64,000 nucleotides of DNA from contig NMRA01000502.1 in NCBI GenBank assembly GCA_002633005.1, positions 240,604 through 304,603 of the forward strand, in the 5' to 3' direction. This stretch comes from Phoronis australis (Eukaryota > Animalia > Phoronida). Below, one piece after another: positions 39,599 to 52,069 of the stretch (positions are counted from its first letter, which is position 1; each line of letters begins with the position of its first letter). The translations under genes were made by a program, and so were the position numbers. The notes beneath the pieces were generated by a model. That model saw nothing but the letters and a program-made list of their open reading frames with translations. It ran no database searches and had not been told where the DNA came from.

Positions 39599-41011
39599 TT
39601 TCATACAGTCTGTGTGCACATTCACAGAGATCATTCAAATATATTGTTTTTGTACTATAGCGTACATGTATTTCTGGTGTATTATGCAAACAAGCTATAT
39701 TTTACAACATTAGTCAAACTCAAATTTCTCAAAAATGTGCAACTTTATATCTGGGAACTTTTTAGATTTTGAAAACACTCTAGTAATTGAATTAAAAAAC
39801 TTCAAAATAAAATTGCCCCCCTAAAGTACTCACAAAAACCATTTTCTAGAAGCCCTACAAATTCTGGCCCACTGCCTATATCACAGGCACAGTGACGGAG
39901 ACATTGTTCTTAGCAGTCATGAGGAATTTTTTCGAGAACAGTGAGTGGGTGGATTTATGTTTGAGCCCTAGTTAGGCCTATATTCAGGCAGAATAGGAAC
40001 AGACAGCTATGGAAGGGATGAGGCAGAGACTGAGAACAGACTGTGATGCGACTTATTGGTACAAATGCACGGTATGAACTGTTATGCCAAACTCAGTGGA
40101 ATACATACTGTTTGCTGTTCCCTCTGGAAGGTGGTCTGAGCACCCAAAACCGCTTACATACCGCCGTGTGACTCCCTTGCCAAACACATGGCATCTTCAA
40201 AATACCTCCAATACTGAAGTCAAGTCCACAATAATAAACTTATCAAAGTTTTTCTCACCGGCCTGCTCACTCTAAGACAAACTGTCCTAGTCCTCACTGG
40301 GTGTCGAACTGGGCCTGTATCCACTACTCAACATTGCTGCAGGGCTGCTTACAGGCTCAGGACTGGAGACAACAGCGGCATAGGGAGAATCACAACTGGT
40401 TCCCGAAATTGCAGGACCCATCATTGTCTTACTGGAAACTCAATTATGGTTTGGAAACTGGCAGTTACGGAACGTTAGATACCCTGACGCCGAGCTTCAA
40501 ACTTTTCTCCGATCTTCATGACTCAAAGCGGCCGAAATAACAAAGATGAAAATTAAACCTGTGAATGAAAATTTCCGTCCGAAAAAATCAGGTCGGCGAA
40601 CTCGCCTTATTGAACAACACTGCCTCAAATAATCGACCCTGTTCGCTTATAAACAACGCGTTTGTAAATAGAATTGAAACGATGAAAAGTTTAGTACATA
40701 TAAATTTATTTTAAGTGTTTATAATTATTTCGTCTTTTCATTGCATTCTGTGTCGTAACTCAAGAATTCCCGAAAATTGAATAGGCTTGACATGCACATG
40801 GGCATTTATGATCATCAAGCTAACGTTTCGCTCCATGCCTAATTGGACAAACGCCAATAAACTTGCATCTGGTTGTTTCCCCGAGTCATACTTTCGGTAG
40901 GCGCTATATGTGTACAAGTACCTCTACCAGACACTCAGTTGATCAATACAGTACAGCTAACGGAGGAGAAAGGCAGTTTTAAAAGGGTAGATTCGCACAG
41001 GCTGCTATTCT

Positions 41012-42660
41012 CGGAAAGTAATTTGGTACACATATATCACCAAGTACCTACTGACAAACTGGCCAATGCTAGGTTAATTTTCATATTTCATTTCATTACG
41101 GTCTCCATTCAGTATTTAAAATGTTTTTGTGTTTTATTATGAAAAGAAAAACGCAGTGGTTCAGGCAGAAAATGGTGTATTAAAAGCTTGTGGCGTGATA
41201 GCCAGGGCTTGCAGTGTCCAATGACAAAAAAACAGGAAAATTTCCCAGGTGATGCCTCGTTCCACAAATAAATATTCTGGTGTGATACAAATATTTTTGT
41301 GTTGTAAAATTAAACTAATCAGTGAGGGAGAAGCTTGGGGTGGGTTCAAGTTGTTTGTGAATCAAGTCAAGACTTAACAATAGAGGCTGGTGACTCCTAA
41401 GCTGATTTTGGCGATAGTCTTTACACAGCTGTCTGACCGGTTACGTCATAACCCGGAGTATCACACAGGCAAAGGCCTTAACTACTCAGTCCCCGGCGGT
41501 GTCGCGTGAAATTTCTTCCCCGTGAAATTTCTTCCCACTCTGACCCTTTTGCGCATGCGCGGTAATGAGGGGAAGTTATTTCACGTCTAAGGCATGAAAT
41601 TTCTTCCCCCGTGAAATTTCTTCCCAAACGAAGACGGCAAAGCACAGCTGTAAAATAAGCCTAAAAATAGAAATTCACTACGTGTGTGATAATGTAACGA
41701 TTTTAGTCAATTGCCATTGTTATGTTAGACATTGGTAAATGAATTGTAATTAGATTTACTTCAATTCAGTCGCCGGTCAGTAGGCTTGCGCACTTATGGC
41801 CTATACTTTGCGGATTGTGATCATGCTTTTGTTTGTTTTNCGGAAAGTAATTTGGTACACATTAATATCACCACGTACATGTACCAACTGACAAACTGGC
41901 CAATGCTAGGTTAATTTTCATATTTCATTTCATTACGGCCTCCATTCAGTATTTAAAATGTTTGTGTGTTTTATTATGAATGGAAAAAACGCAGTGCTTC
42001 AGGGAGAAAAATGGTGTATTAAAAGCTTGTGGCGTGATAGCCAGGGCTTGCAATGACCAATGACAAAAAACAGGAAAATTTCCCAGGTGATGCCTCGTTC
42101 CACAAATAAATATTCCGGTGTGATAGAAATATTTTTGTGTTGTAAAATTAAACTAATCAGTGAGGGAGAAGCTTGGGGTGGGTTCAAGTTGTTTGTGAAT
42201 CAAGTCAAGACTTAACAATAGAGGCTCGTGACTCCTAAGCTGATTTTGGCGATAGTCTATACACAGCTGTCTGACCGGTTACGTCATAACCCGGAGTTTA
42301 ACTAGTCAGTCCCCGGCTTTGTCGCGTGAAATTTCTTCCCCGTGAAATTTCTTCCCACTCTGACCCTTTTGCGCATGCGCGGTAATGAGGGGAAGTTATT
42401 TCACGTCTAAGGCATGAAATTTCTTCCCCCGTGAAATTTCTTCCCAAACGAAGACGGCAAAGCACAGCTGTAAAATAAGCCTAAAAAATAGAAATTCACT
42501 ACGTGTGCGATAATGTAACGATTTTAGTCAATTGCCATTGTTATGTTAGACATTGGTAAATGAATTGTAATTAGATTTACTTCAATTCAGTCGCCGGTCA
42601 GTAGGCTTGCGCACGTATGGCCTATACTTTGCGGATTGTGATCATGCTTTTGTTTGTTTT
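41012..42660. repeat. Tandem duplication 41012-41839 = 41841-42660, probably a haplotype redundancy
   Basis: The copies abut at the single n at 41840 and differ by SNPs and small indels. Confidence 0.9.
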
Positions 42661-45600
42661 ATTGTAGTCTATAAACTGTATTATAAGCTAATATTACTTA
42701 TGTTACTAAACCTGTCACCCTCTGTCTCGCTCTCTCTGTCTCTTTCTCTCTACTTGCGGGGAGAAATCCCGTTAGCTAGGTAGGATCGTGCCCGTGACTG
42801 CCGTGGAGTGCATCCGGACCGGGGAGTCCTCTGTTGAAAGGCAAATTAGTAAAAAGCTCTTTCAAAAAAGTGACATTCTGTAGACTATATACATGTACTT
42901 ATAATTGATTCATAAGATTAAAATATTTCTGAATTTCATTTCCTGGCCTGGTTGTCGCCCAACCTTAGGCCCGTCGCCGCGGTGAAGACGCTCTTCGTCG
43001 TCACTCCGATCTGAGTGTTCTTTTTCGCTTGTACTGAATTTCCTTCAAGAATATGTTAGAAATACTGGAATGGGTAAAAATACTCGGTTGGGTATATTCC
43101 CAGTAAGGCATTATCATTTGTTGTGGTACGTAATAAGTTAAAATAATCGACGCCCACCTGTATGACCGAAGGCGACCTATTGTTAATTAAACGTTTTTGC
43201 AAAATCGCAAAAACGTCAAACTGAAAATAATTCAACGTACTTGAAATGCGATTTTATGCTGGCTGGCACCAGAAAGACTGGAACTGACGCTTGTTTTTTT
43301 TTTCATGCAACGAAGGCACAGGGGCCTACTCTTTATGTATATACGGGTGTGTGTGTGAGTGTGTATTTAAACACTGCACTATTACAGGCCCCTAAATTAG
43401 TGATATTCCATCGAGTTTGGCTTAATATTTAATGTTTCCCACTTATTTTTGGGTTACCAATCCAGTTTAAACATGTCCTTCAAGGAATTATCTCAGTGCA
43501 TTGTAAAAATAACTGATTTTTCTATAGCCCGGAATTCTTTGTAGGCCCATAAACGAAATGGACCTTACCTAGAAATGTTGTTTGACATAACTGAAGTTGA
43601 AGAATTATTACAACCTCAATTTTCTGTGTGGAGGTTAACTTGATTCGCCAAAGAATCCCAATCAAAAATTTTTATGACCTATAAGTTTATTGGTTAGCAG
43701 TGAAACATGCTCAGACAAGTTTTCATTTATTGAGAAGTCAGTAAATATTTTACAAGAAANNNNNNNNNNNNNNNNNNNNNNNNNNNNNNNNNNNNNNNNN
43801 NNNNNNNNNNNNNNNNNNNNNNNNNNNNNNNNNNNNNNNNNNNNNNNNNNNNNNNNNNNNNNNNNNNNNNNNNNNNNNNNNNNNNNNNNNNNNNNNNNNN
43901 NNNNNNNNNNNNNNNNNNNNNNNNNNNNNNNNNNNNNNNNNNNNNNNNNNNNNNNNNNNNNNNNNNNNNNNNNNNNNNNNNNNNNNNNNNNNNNNNNNNN
44001 NNNNNNNNNNNNNNNNNNNNNNNNNNNNNNNNNNNNNNNNNNNNNNNNNNNNNNNNNNNNNNNNNNNNNNNNNNNNNNNNNNNNNNNNNNNNNNNNNNNN
44101 NNNNNNNNNNNNNNNNNNNNNNNNNNNNNNNNNNNNNNNNNNNNNNNNNNNNNNNNNNNNNNNNNNNNNNNNNNNNNNNNNNNNNNNNNNNNNNNNNNNN
44201 NNNNNNNNNNNNNNNNNNNNNNNNNNNNNNNNNNNNNNNNNNNNNNNNNNNNNNNNNNNNNNNNNNNNNNNNNNNNNNNNNNNNNNNNNNNNNNNNNNNN
44301 NNNNNNNNNNNNNNNNNNNNNNNNNNNNNNNNNNNNNNNNNNNNNNNNNNNNNNNNNNNNNNNNNNNNNNNNNNNNNNNNNNNNNNNNNNNNNNNNNNNN
44401 NNNNNNNNNNNNNNNNNNNNNNNNNNNNNNNNNNNNNNNNNNNNNNNNNNNNNNNNNNNNNNNNNNNNNNNNNNNNNNNNNNNNNNNNNNNNNNNAAATT
44501 GAATCATAAAAGCTGTCCGTAAAAAGTATTGGTTAGTTATATTCAAAATGTACTTCACTAGTCTTGTTATTTTTTACTCCAAGTATGATCGTTAGACAGT
44601 GACAAATTTATGCAGGTGTGTAGTATAACTCCTAGACACACACATCAAACTGCCATAAAACGTTTACAGTATTTTGTTGGACATTAAATCGACTTGTAAG
44701 TATAGAAACATCTTTGCATTTGAATCCAAGAAGTCTGCTGCAATAAAGTACCTGCTGTGTGCAGATGACATGGACAATGTTGCGTGGACACCATGTATGC
44801 TGCTGACTCCTCTTGCTTTGACGACGTTGAGGACAGACTGCATGATGGATGAAGCTACAGCCTATCAAAACAATTCACATGCATAAATACAAATAATAGA
44901 TATTCACAATACCTTAGTGGTCATACAACTTGGTGGTGTAACTCCTTAAAACACATGTACAACAAAAACACATAATCAAAACTACGTGACTCATCATTAT
45001 CACAGTCAGATGTTCCAATTCAATTACCGCAAAATCGCGGGTTTACGCCCATGCCCGTGTAATCGCCCATCCCGATTTTTGGTCAATTTCAGTTTAAGCA
45101 CCCACCGCTTGGGTAATCGCCGATCCCTTACTTTGTGATAACTTCCACGTAAGCATACATCTCTCGGGTAATCGCCCATCCCCAACATACATTTGCAGCA
45201 TGCTGTGGTTGTTAGATCCTGCTGTTTGACCAAACATACAAGTTCCGTGCATGAATGAACAATCCGCAAACTTCCCCAGTTCTGCTAAAACTTGGACATA
45301 AGCGGTCACTGCTTGGGTAATTGGCCACCCACGACTTTTTGCCAATTTTTCTGTTTAAGTGCCCACTGCTTGGGTAATGGCCCACCCCCTTTGTCTAAGG
45401 GTTTCCCAATTTAAGCGCACAATGTGTTAACCTGCGGGTTTACGGTACCTTCTTGTGGGAATAGCCAGCCTGTCAGTGACATTCGAACCAAGTAGTTATA
45501 GCAGACGGATATGCGCATTTCCAATCCACCACTTGATTTTGGGAAAACTGACTAGGCCGTCTGACCCCTCCTCACCTCTCAGCATTTGAATCATTTTTTG

Positions 45601-48153
45601 ACACTTTTCATCTGAGATGTCACGACTATTTATGGATTGATTGCCACTTCAAGATCCTTCTCCATACGCTTATGATGAATAGTACCCATGGTGCGAAGCC
45701 AGAGAACAGATGAAACGCAGTAAAACTGAAAAATAAATTGAACAATTGAAAACCTGAACAACATTGGCCTTCAAAACTGCTCAGTCCGCTCAATTCAAAG
45801 AAAAAAGGAAACACTAACAGTGACAATAGAAGTCGAGATTAATAGTACCTGACTACTTGCAAAGTATGCAAGAAATTTGCACGCAAAATGAGAATATACA
45901 GAGCCCTTACACAGATGGCCTAACCACAAGCACAACTATGAGCAAAACGGCCGTATTCCAATATGCAACATTTCTAGGTTCACGCTAGAGTTTTAAAGGT
46001 ATTAAACCATTTTTAAAATTATTGGCCAAGTACTTTCTCTTTTCCCAACCCCAGCAATTGACAAAAACACAGTTACACTGAACGAAGTTTATATTTTTCA
46101 TGTTATGCACAGGTCCTTTCATAAAATGTACTATAAGAAAAGACATCTGCCTTAGCAAAAAAAAAACAACAAATTATCAACATTCCAAGATCATAAAGCA
46201 ACCTATTTAGTTGGAGGGGATGTCAGCCAACATATAACGATATAACGATATAAAAAGTTTGGACATGGCTCCCCCTATACCAGAGTTACTGCGTGTGTTC
46301 GCCGGTCACATGGTCATTGAAATGATGCTGACCTAAAAAAATAGCAAGGCACCTTTCCTCTTGGATAATTGAGGGCCCTGATTTTACACTTGTGACATTT
46401 AGCGAGCTGATTAGATATGACAGGTTGCGTATTTTGATTTGAAAAAAAAAACTACCAGTGTCTAGTCTCGATTAATATTTGACCCCACAAATTTTGAGCT
46501 GAAACTGGTAAAGTTACTTAAAGAATAAGGAGAGATTCATGTAATATGAAAATAGTAAATTTAAAGGTTGAGTTCATATTGCATGTTTGAGATATCTCAA
46601 ATCAGGTCAGTTTTATGCCCTGGGTACTTTTCAACGGTATTAAAATACTTCAGACTCGCTCACACCACGTTGTGAGTGTAAAAAGTTATTGAGAGACTGG
46701 ATCGCGTTTGCTGCTGAAAAACAGTCTTCTGTTCATCGCACGACTTGATTCGAACTAACAGTGAGTCGACACACAATTAGGTTTTCCCGAAATTAATTTT
46801 TATGGTTAAGCTGCAAAATCATTCGCCAAGTTAGAGAATGGACTTAGCTATACCGTCGCCAGTGCCACTCAGAACTCACCAATGGTGGCAAATGGCTTGC
46901 ATGCGCCTAGACTGTCCATATTAGAATGACCTAATTATTCTAATGCAGGCAAATTCCGATCCGGTCTAGAGCATCACCATAAGATATCACAACTTAATTT
47001 CAGGACACTGAACACATGAGAATGTGCGACTCATTATCATGAATGTTTTCCGTACAAACCCCCAGTGCCGCAGATTATACCATACCGAATTGAAGCCATG
47101 CAGCAAGACAAGCTTTTGGCATCATGCTATGCGACTGCAGAGTCTCAGCCAGCGGCTAATGAGGTAGAACAGCAACAGCATACACACCACAACTACAAGA
47201 GAAATTTCGCGAAGCAATGTTATGAACTTTAGTTAAACTCAAAGGAAGTCATTACAACTAGATGCGTACTAAATGGCACAAAATTCATACATTCACAACA
47301 GTATATGAATGCTGAATAATACTGTACAATATTCTCTATGAGAACTAGTAACAACCAACTTAAGTGTTTACTTTAGTAAGAGCTTAAACACTGCAGGGCT
47401 TGCCTGTTAGTTTTTACTCAAATTGTTTGTTCTAATCCAGATAATTTAGAAAACTGGTAACAGGTTTTTGTGATTTTACCTTTATTTAAATCAAACAATA
47501 CATGGTCGCATTACTCAGCTAATTAATACCACACAGAAAATATACAGACTACAATCAAACTCTATTGACTTTCAACAATTAGAACATATATCATTCCAAG
47601 ACTGTCTACTACTACTAGGTTGGAGTAATCTGTAAATATTTTGGCTAAATGCAGACTAGTACAGTACTACAGCTACACTACAGGGTTTGACTTACGAATG
47701 ACATGATAACCTTGCTTAACAACAACAAACATACTTCAGTTTTATTATAGCAAATGTAGGCTCAACAGATTTCACTTAATTTTTTTAAACCAGAGTCAAT
47801 AATAATTGCAGTAGGCCTATCACGTTACTCGACTTACCTGACCGAAACGGCGAAAGTCCTTGGCACAACTTCGTAAAGCCTTGCGCTGACTCTTCGTCAA
47901 AGTCAACGGATGGAATCCATCCTCCAAAAACTTCTTCACGTCACTCTCATTGTACTTGATATCATGCATCTTTGCCAAAAACGTCTGGAATATTCGTGTT
48001 CGGAGCAGATAACGACTCAACTGTCTCACAGTAGCATACAGAAGTGCCCTGGGAAGATATTTCACGCTCTCAAGACTGGATGCCAACCTGGCCGATATGC
48101 GCATGCGCAAAGTCGGATTGGGAAGAAAATTCACGGGGAAGAAATTTCACGCG
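42320..48153 (-). mobile_element. Ginger-like DNA transposon (Gypsy-integrase-related), decayed
   Basis: Left end TGTcgcgtgaaatttcttccccgtgaaatttcttccca...gcgcatgcgc (also at 41500) is inverted at 48099-48153, with CCGG-rich flanks. The minus-strand peptide MHDIKYNESDVKKFLEDGFHPLTLTKSQRKALRSCAKDF resembles the GIN/Ginger N-terminus and is followed by cag|gtaagt near 47838. Confidence 0.65.
45027..45445. mobile_element. Tc1/mariner-pogo-type MITE nested in the Ginger-like element
   Basis: TA|ccgcaaaatcgcgggtt ... aacctgcgggtttacgg|TA, with internal repeated (ggg)taatcgcccatccc motifs. Confidence 0.7.
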
Positions 48154-48755
48154 CCGGCGGTCCTGTTTTGTGGTGGGGCGGTCATGTTTTTAGGTGTGAC
48201 AGTCCTGTTTTGGGCGAGTCGGTCCGATTTAGAGGACTGGCGGTCATGTTGTTTCTCACCCGTGATTTAAAAGACTGGAAGAGTAGTGATCGAGAGCGGC
48301 GTGTGACTGAGTTGTGTTAGAGGCACAGAATGCAAAAATAACTATAACTCTCCCTCGGCACAAGGCACCTATTGTATTTTGGACAAAGTACAGTAGTTTG
48401 CATTCCAGATAGACGTTTCGAACGTGTTTTGCATAAACAGCACCCCGTCACAGCTTGCTTATAAATTTCGACTTGGGTAATGTCTTCCGTTCTATAAAAG
48501 TTTTAAATACAGGTCAATGACGAGTAGAAAATGACGCGTGCTGTAAATTAAAAGTTTCTTAATTGTATCACGGGCTATCCGGCGCAAGATACATTGGAGG
48601 CGCAGCTCAAAGTTTTCTTTTCAATTTTGATATTTTCTTTTTAGAAATATCGTGACCCTACAATAAATAGGGAGGGGTGCGTGTAGAGAACTGCTCGAAT
48701 ATTATAAAGACGTCCTCCACATCGTGTAGCAACAGAAATCGGGCAAGGTTATATA

Positions 48756-49341
48756 CTCGCTGGTTCCCTGCGTACTTCGCCCAGCCAGCACGCAGGTATC
48801 ACGCAGTGGCACGCGCTTTGGCATTGGTCGATGTAACCTCGGCAGTCACTGATTAGCTTTACAACACCGTGAAAAAATGGCGGACTGTGAGCGATTTTTA
48901 GCCTTTTCATGCGAGTGGCGTCGCACTAGCAACTATTTCGTTTCTGTATTGATGTTTAATAGCCGCGTGCTTGAAGCTAGCACATACATGTACAGTCCTG
49001 GCCGATGTGTTATTCATATTGTATGAATACAGGACACTGTCGTAAACAAAATTCATCGACTGTAGAAAGATGTATTCCGAAAAGGCGCAATCACAATTTC
49101 TAGGCTTCACATTTCCTGAACATAAATTTTTAAGCACCGATTCGTCTGTACAACAGACCACATTTACACTTCGTTCAGTCCATCAGTCATGCCAGTTTGT
49201 TTGCGTAAAGCGCTGCCTGTTGAGAATTCGACTAGCCAATCAGGAACGCCGGTGTAAAATAATTTCCCGAGGAAAAGTAAGTGATACCAGCATGCTGGCG
49301 CGGCTACCGCCCCACCTAGCGGCACGCAGGGAACCAGCGAG
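48756..49341. mobile_element. MITE (~590 bp)
   Basis: Perfect 18-bp TIR ctcgctggttccctgcgt / acgcagggaaccagcgag. Confidence 0.75.
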
Positions 49342-50353
49342 GGTCATAAATATCAATAGTTACAACAAAGAAACCGTGCAGGTCATGGATCTTGTCAACA
49401 GCAACAAAAGCAATATTGGTCAACAGGTCAACTGACCCGGCCGTAAGAGGATTTATGGCCTAACGGGAAACATCCGTGCGAATAATAGACTAATGATACC
49501 CATACAGTGGTGCGTGGCTAGCCAACGGTATGGATGTATATATAGCGCCACTGAAGTCAACAAGTGTAGGTCCAAGCGTACATCTACATGTATATTACAC
49601 AAACAGTACGTTGTTGGAGGAACAGTGTTTTAAAAACACTATTGTGAAACAACATGAAATATACGAGGACAATTGTGCGTTGACAACGAAAATTAATGTT
49701 GATTGTCGGTTTTACCTCGTTCACTATGGTATTCAGGTGAATCGTGGTTAATCTGAATTTGACAACTCAGTACGAAGAAAACAAAGTCAGAAAGAAAATT
49801 TCATTGACGTACCGGTTTCTGTTTAAATAAAAATAAAAACACTTCATTTTTGCAAATTATAAAGTCACTCGTAATTTCAGTACTGGCGGTTTTAACAACC
49901 ATAGTGATTTGTGCCTTAATGTGCACTCGATCTAGGAACCAATCCTAGACTCGATTTACTAAGTGTGCGTTCTAACTGAAACCTTTACTTCCAAGATCAA
50001 TCAAAACACCCAGTGTCAAAACTAGTTGATTGACCTATGAAAAGCTGGCTTAATGCTTGTAGGAATGTCTTCAAATGTACATGTTCAGTTTTAAAGTTAT
50101 CTAGTATTGAAATGGAGCCAACAACTCTGCACTCATAATTCTTACTTCATTACATTCGTTTATGTCTCGTGTAAATGTTCAATTATGAAATTGCGATCAG
50201 CCCCTGGATCAGGAAAGGTACATCGTCAGCGATACTGGCTGCATTTCACATTAAACGTAACGAATTAGTAACATTACATCACATATCCCACAGGTAAAGC
50301 CCGACCAAAATCTGATAGTGACATGTTGTAGGCCAGTGTGCCATCGTACATGT

Positions 50354-51529
50354 AATAGCTCACTTGCGAGTTTCTCTTTAGTCACTGTGACGTCACCGGA
50401 AAAGGGGCAAAACCCGCCATATTGCTCTTGTTTTGCCCCGAGTCTTTGCTACACACGCTAAAACTTACTGGAGTTCTTATGGTGAATTTTACGCTTAAAA
50501 CGTTAAAACAACTTAAGATGTGGTAGATGGATCGTGGAATAACTGTGAATGGACGAAGGAAATGTGAAGTTGTTATGTTGTGCGAAGCTGTGAACGGACT
50601 AAAATTGGAACATAACCCGCTCTAGGCCTGAATGTCGCAGGCATACAGGGGCGATAGTGTATCCCCATAAAAAGATATTCACTTCAAAATACAGCAAATA
50701 AAATCAAATGAAACATGCATATGTGCACATGAAGTTATAATTAACACATACCCTGACTCTGGACACAATTAAGTCTACAAATAACTTAAGCATATCAATG
50801 AAAACCTCGCGGTTCTCTCGAGTTTCTCTCACTGGCCGCCATTTTGCGGAAGTTACGTGAAATCACGCCTGTTGACGAACAAAAAGTCCAAGGGACACAA
50901 ATCTTACACATTTCACTTGATATTTTCTCATGCTATTTTGCAAGTGTCACGCGCCAGGTCACGCTCCAGATCTCGCGCTTCGCTCAGTCTCGCGCTAGCC
51001 TTTGCCTCATGCTCACCTGACTCAGTTGAAATACTTAATTGTGGTTATCGCGCGCGCGGACAAAGTTAACAGTAACCACAAAGTGGAGTTGGAATTCTTC
51101 TCCAAAGTCACCTGAATTCCCGTATATATGCTTCATCGAAGATATGTTTAGAAGCAGAAAGAGTTACTGAAGAAAGTAAGAGCCTTTTAGGTAGTAATTT
51201 TAGGTGCAGAATGTATTTTTGACGAGGTGAAATCTTTATCAGTGAGCGGATTTCGCCTTCCGCCCGTTTAAAATACACGGGACGAAATTAGTACAGAACG
51301 CGATAGAACGTATTGTAGTACAAATCTGAATTTCATTTGCCATAACAGCAATGCTTTTTGGACATTTTTCGAACTAAAGGGCTAAAAACTCGAAGACAAT
51401 AACAGAATACACTCTGCTACCGTATTGGGCAAATGACCAAACGACAAGCTTTTGCCCCACTTCCCGTGACGTCACAGTTAAGTCTCACATAATCTCGAGT
51501 TACTGTTATAAACTCGCAAAAGGCCTATT
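50354..51529. mobile_element. Non-autonomous TIR element (~1.2 kb), superfamily uncertain
   Basis: aatagctcacttgcgagttt / aaactcgcaaaaggcctatt, plus an inner inverted block ctgtgacgtcac.ggaa..ggggcaaaa / ttttgcccc..ttcc.gtgacgtcacag. Confidence 0.65.
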
Positions 51530-51797
51530 TATTTCGTCATTGGCTTACTTAACCCCCCGGTATTTCCACTGACAGGTACTAGCTTTGGGGGTGAAATATA
51601 TCCAAAGCCAAGGCATAGTACGGACGCGACTTCACTTCGTATCAACCGCGGTCAGACGAAGTCCGGGTTAGGGCTAGTCTCAGTCAAACCGCGTTTTGGA
51701 ACCCGCATCCAGACGCGGTCTAGCCGCGTTCGATAGGAAGAGACATTCGTTCAGTACTTGTTTACACGATACATCTCAGTGATTTTTATCACTCATA

Positions 51798-52012
51798 CAT
51801 GCGCGCACCCAGCAGTGGGGTGCTCAGGGGGCTCCATTTGGCGTAGTGGGCAAAACGTTCCACCTCAGGGAAACAAAAACTCAGGAAATAGTAGAAAACG
51901 AGACAAAAGTCCACTAAAATGCAGGAAGTACAAATTCATAGCTCTTAACGTACCCCATGGATCTTAGTAAAAATTCGAGCCTTCCCCCAATTTTAGGCTG
52001 GGTGCGCACATG
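51798..52012. mobile_element. MITE with CATG termini and 5-bp TSD
   Basis: TIR catgcgcgcacccagc / gctgggtgcgcacatg. TCATA is duplicated at 51793-51797 and 52013-52017. Confidence 0.8.
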
Positions 52013-52069
52013 TCATATTGTAGGAATTTGCTGGGGTTAAATACAAATTAAAAAGTATACACGTTACAC

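Larger units (their letters stand above)
36655..39717. repeat. Direct duplication 36655-37803 = 38557-39717, probably a haplotype redundancy
   Basis: The second copy begins exactly after the single n at 38556. Confidence 0.88.
34272..39878 (+). mobile_element. Degenerate AcademX-like DNA transposon
   Basis: TIRs taagtcggtgggccaga...tgtgagtacttt.ggggggcaa / ttgccccc.taaagtactcacaa...tctggcccactgccta (TAG-type end). 3-bp TSD TAT at 34269-34271 and 39879-39881. Coding remnants DFVS*EAKYH (~36005-36035) and a Cys-rich C-terminus PPAP...CCKCKKNMC...NCAEMCSSDNCSN (36379-36720). Confidence 0.75.
33930..40412 (-). mobile_element. Kolobok copy (33930-34271 + 39882-40412) split by an Academ insertion
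   Basis: TTAA|aggagaaggcaacc terminus. 39882-40040 and 40290-40412 are reverse complements of 24600-24930. The plus strand at 39950-40110 encodes GFMFEP and WYKCTV*TVMPNSVE, like the KolX/P2X7-ballast W-C-x-C-xx-C-xx-M-P-xxx-E motif. Confidence 0.72.
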
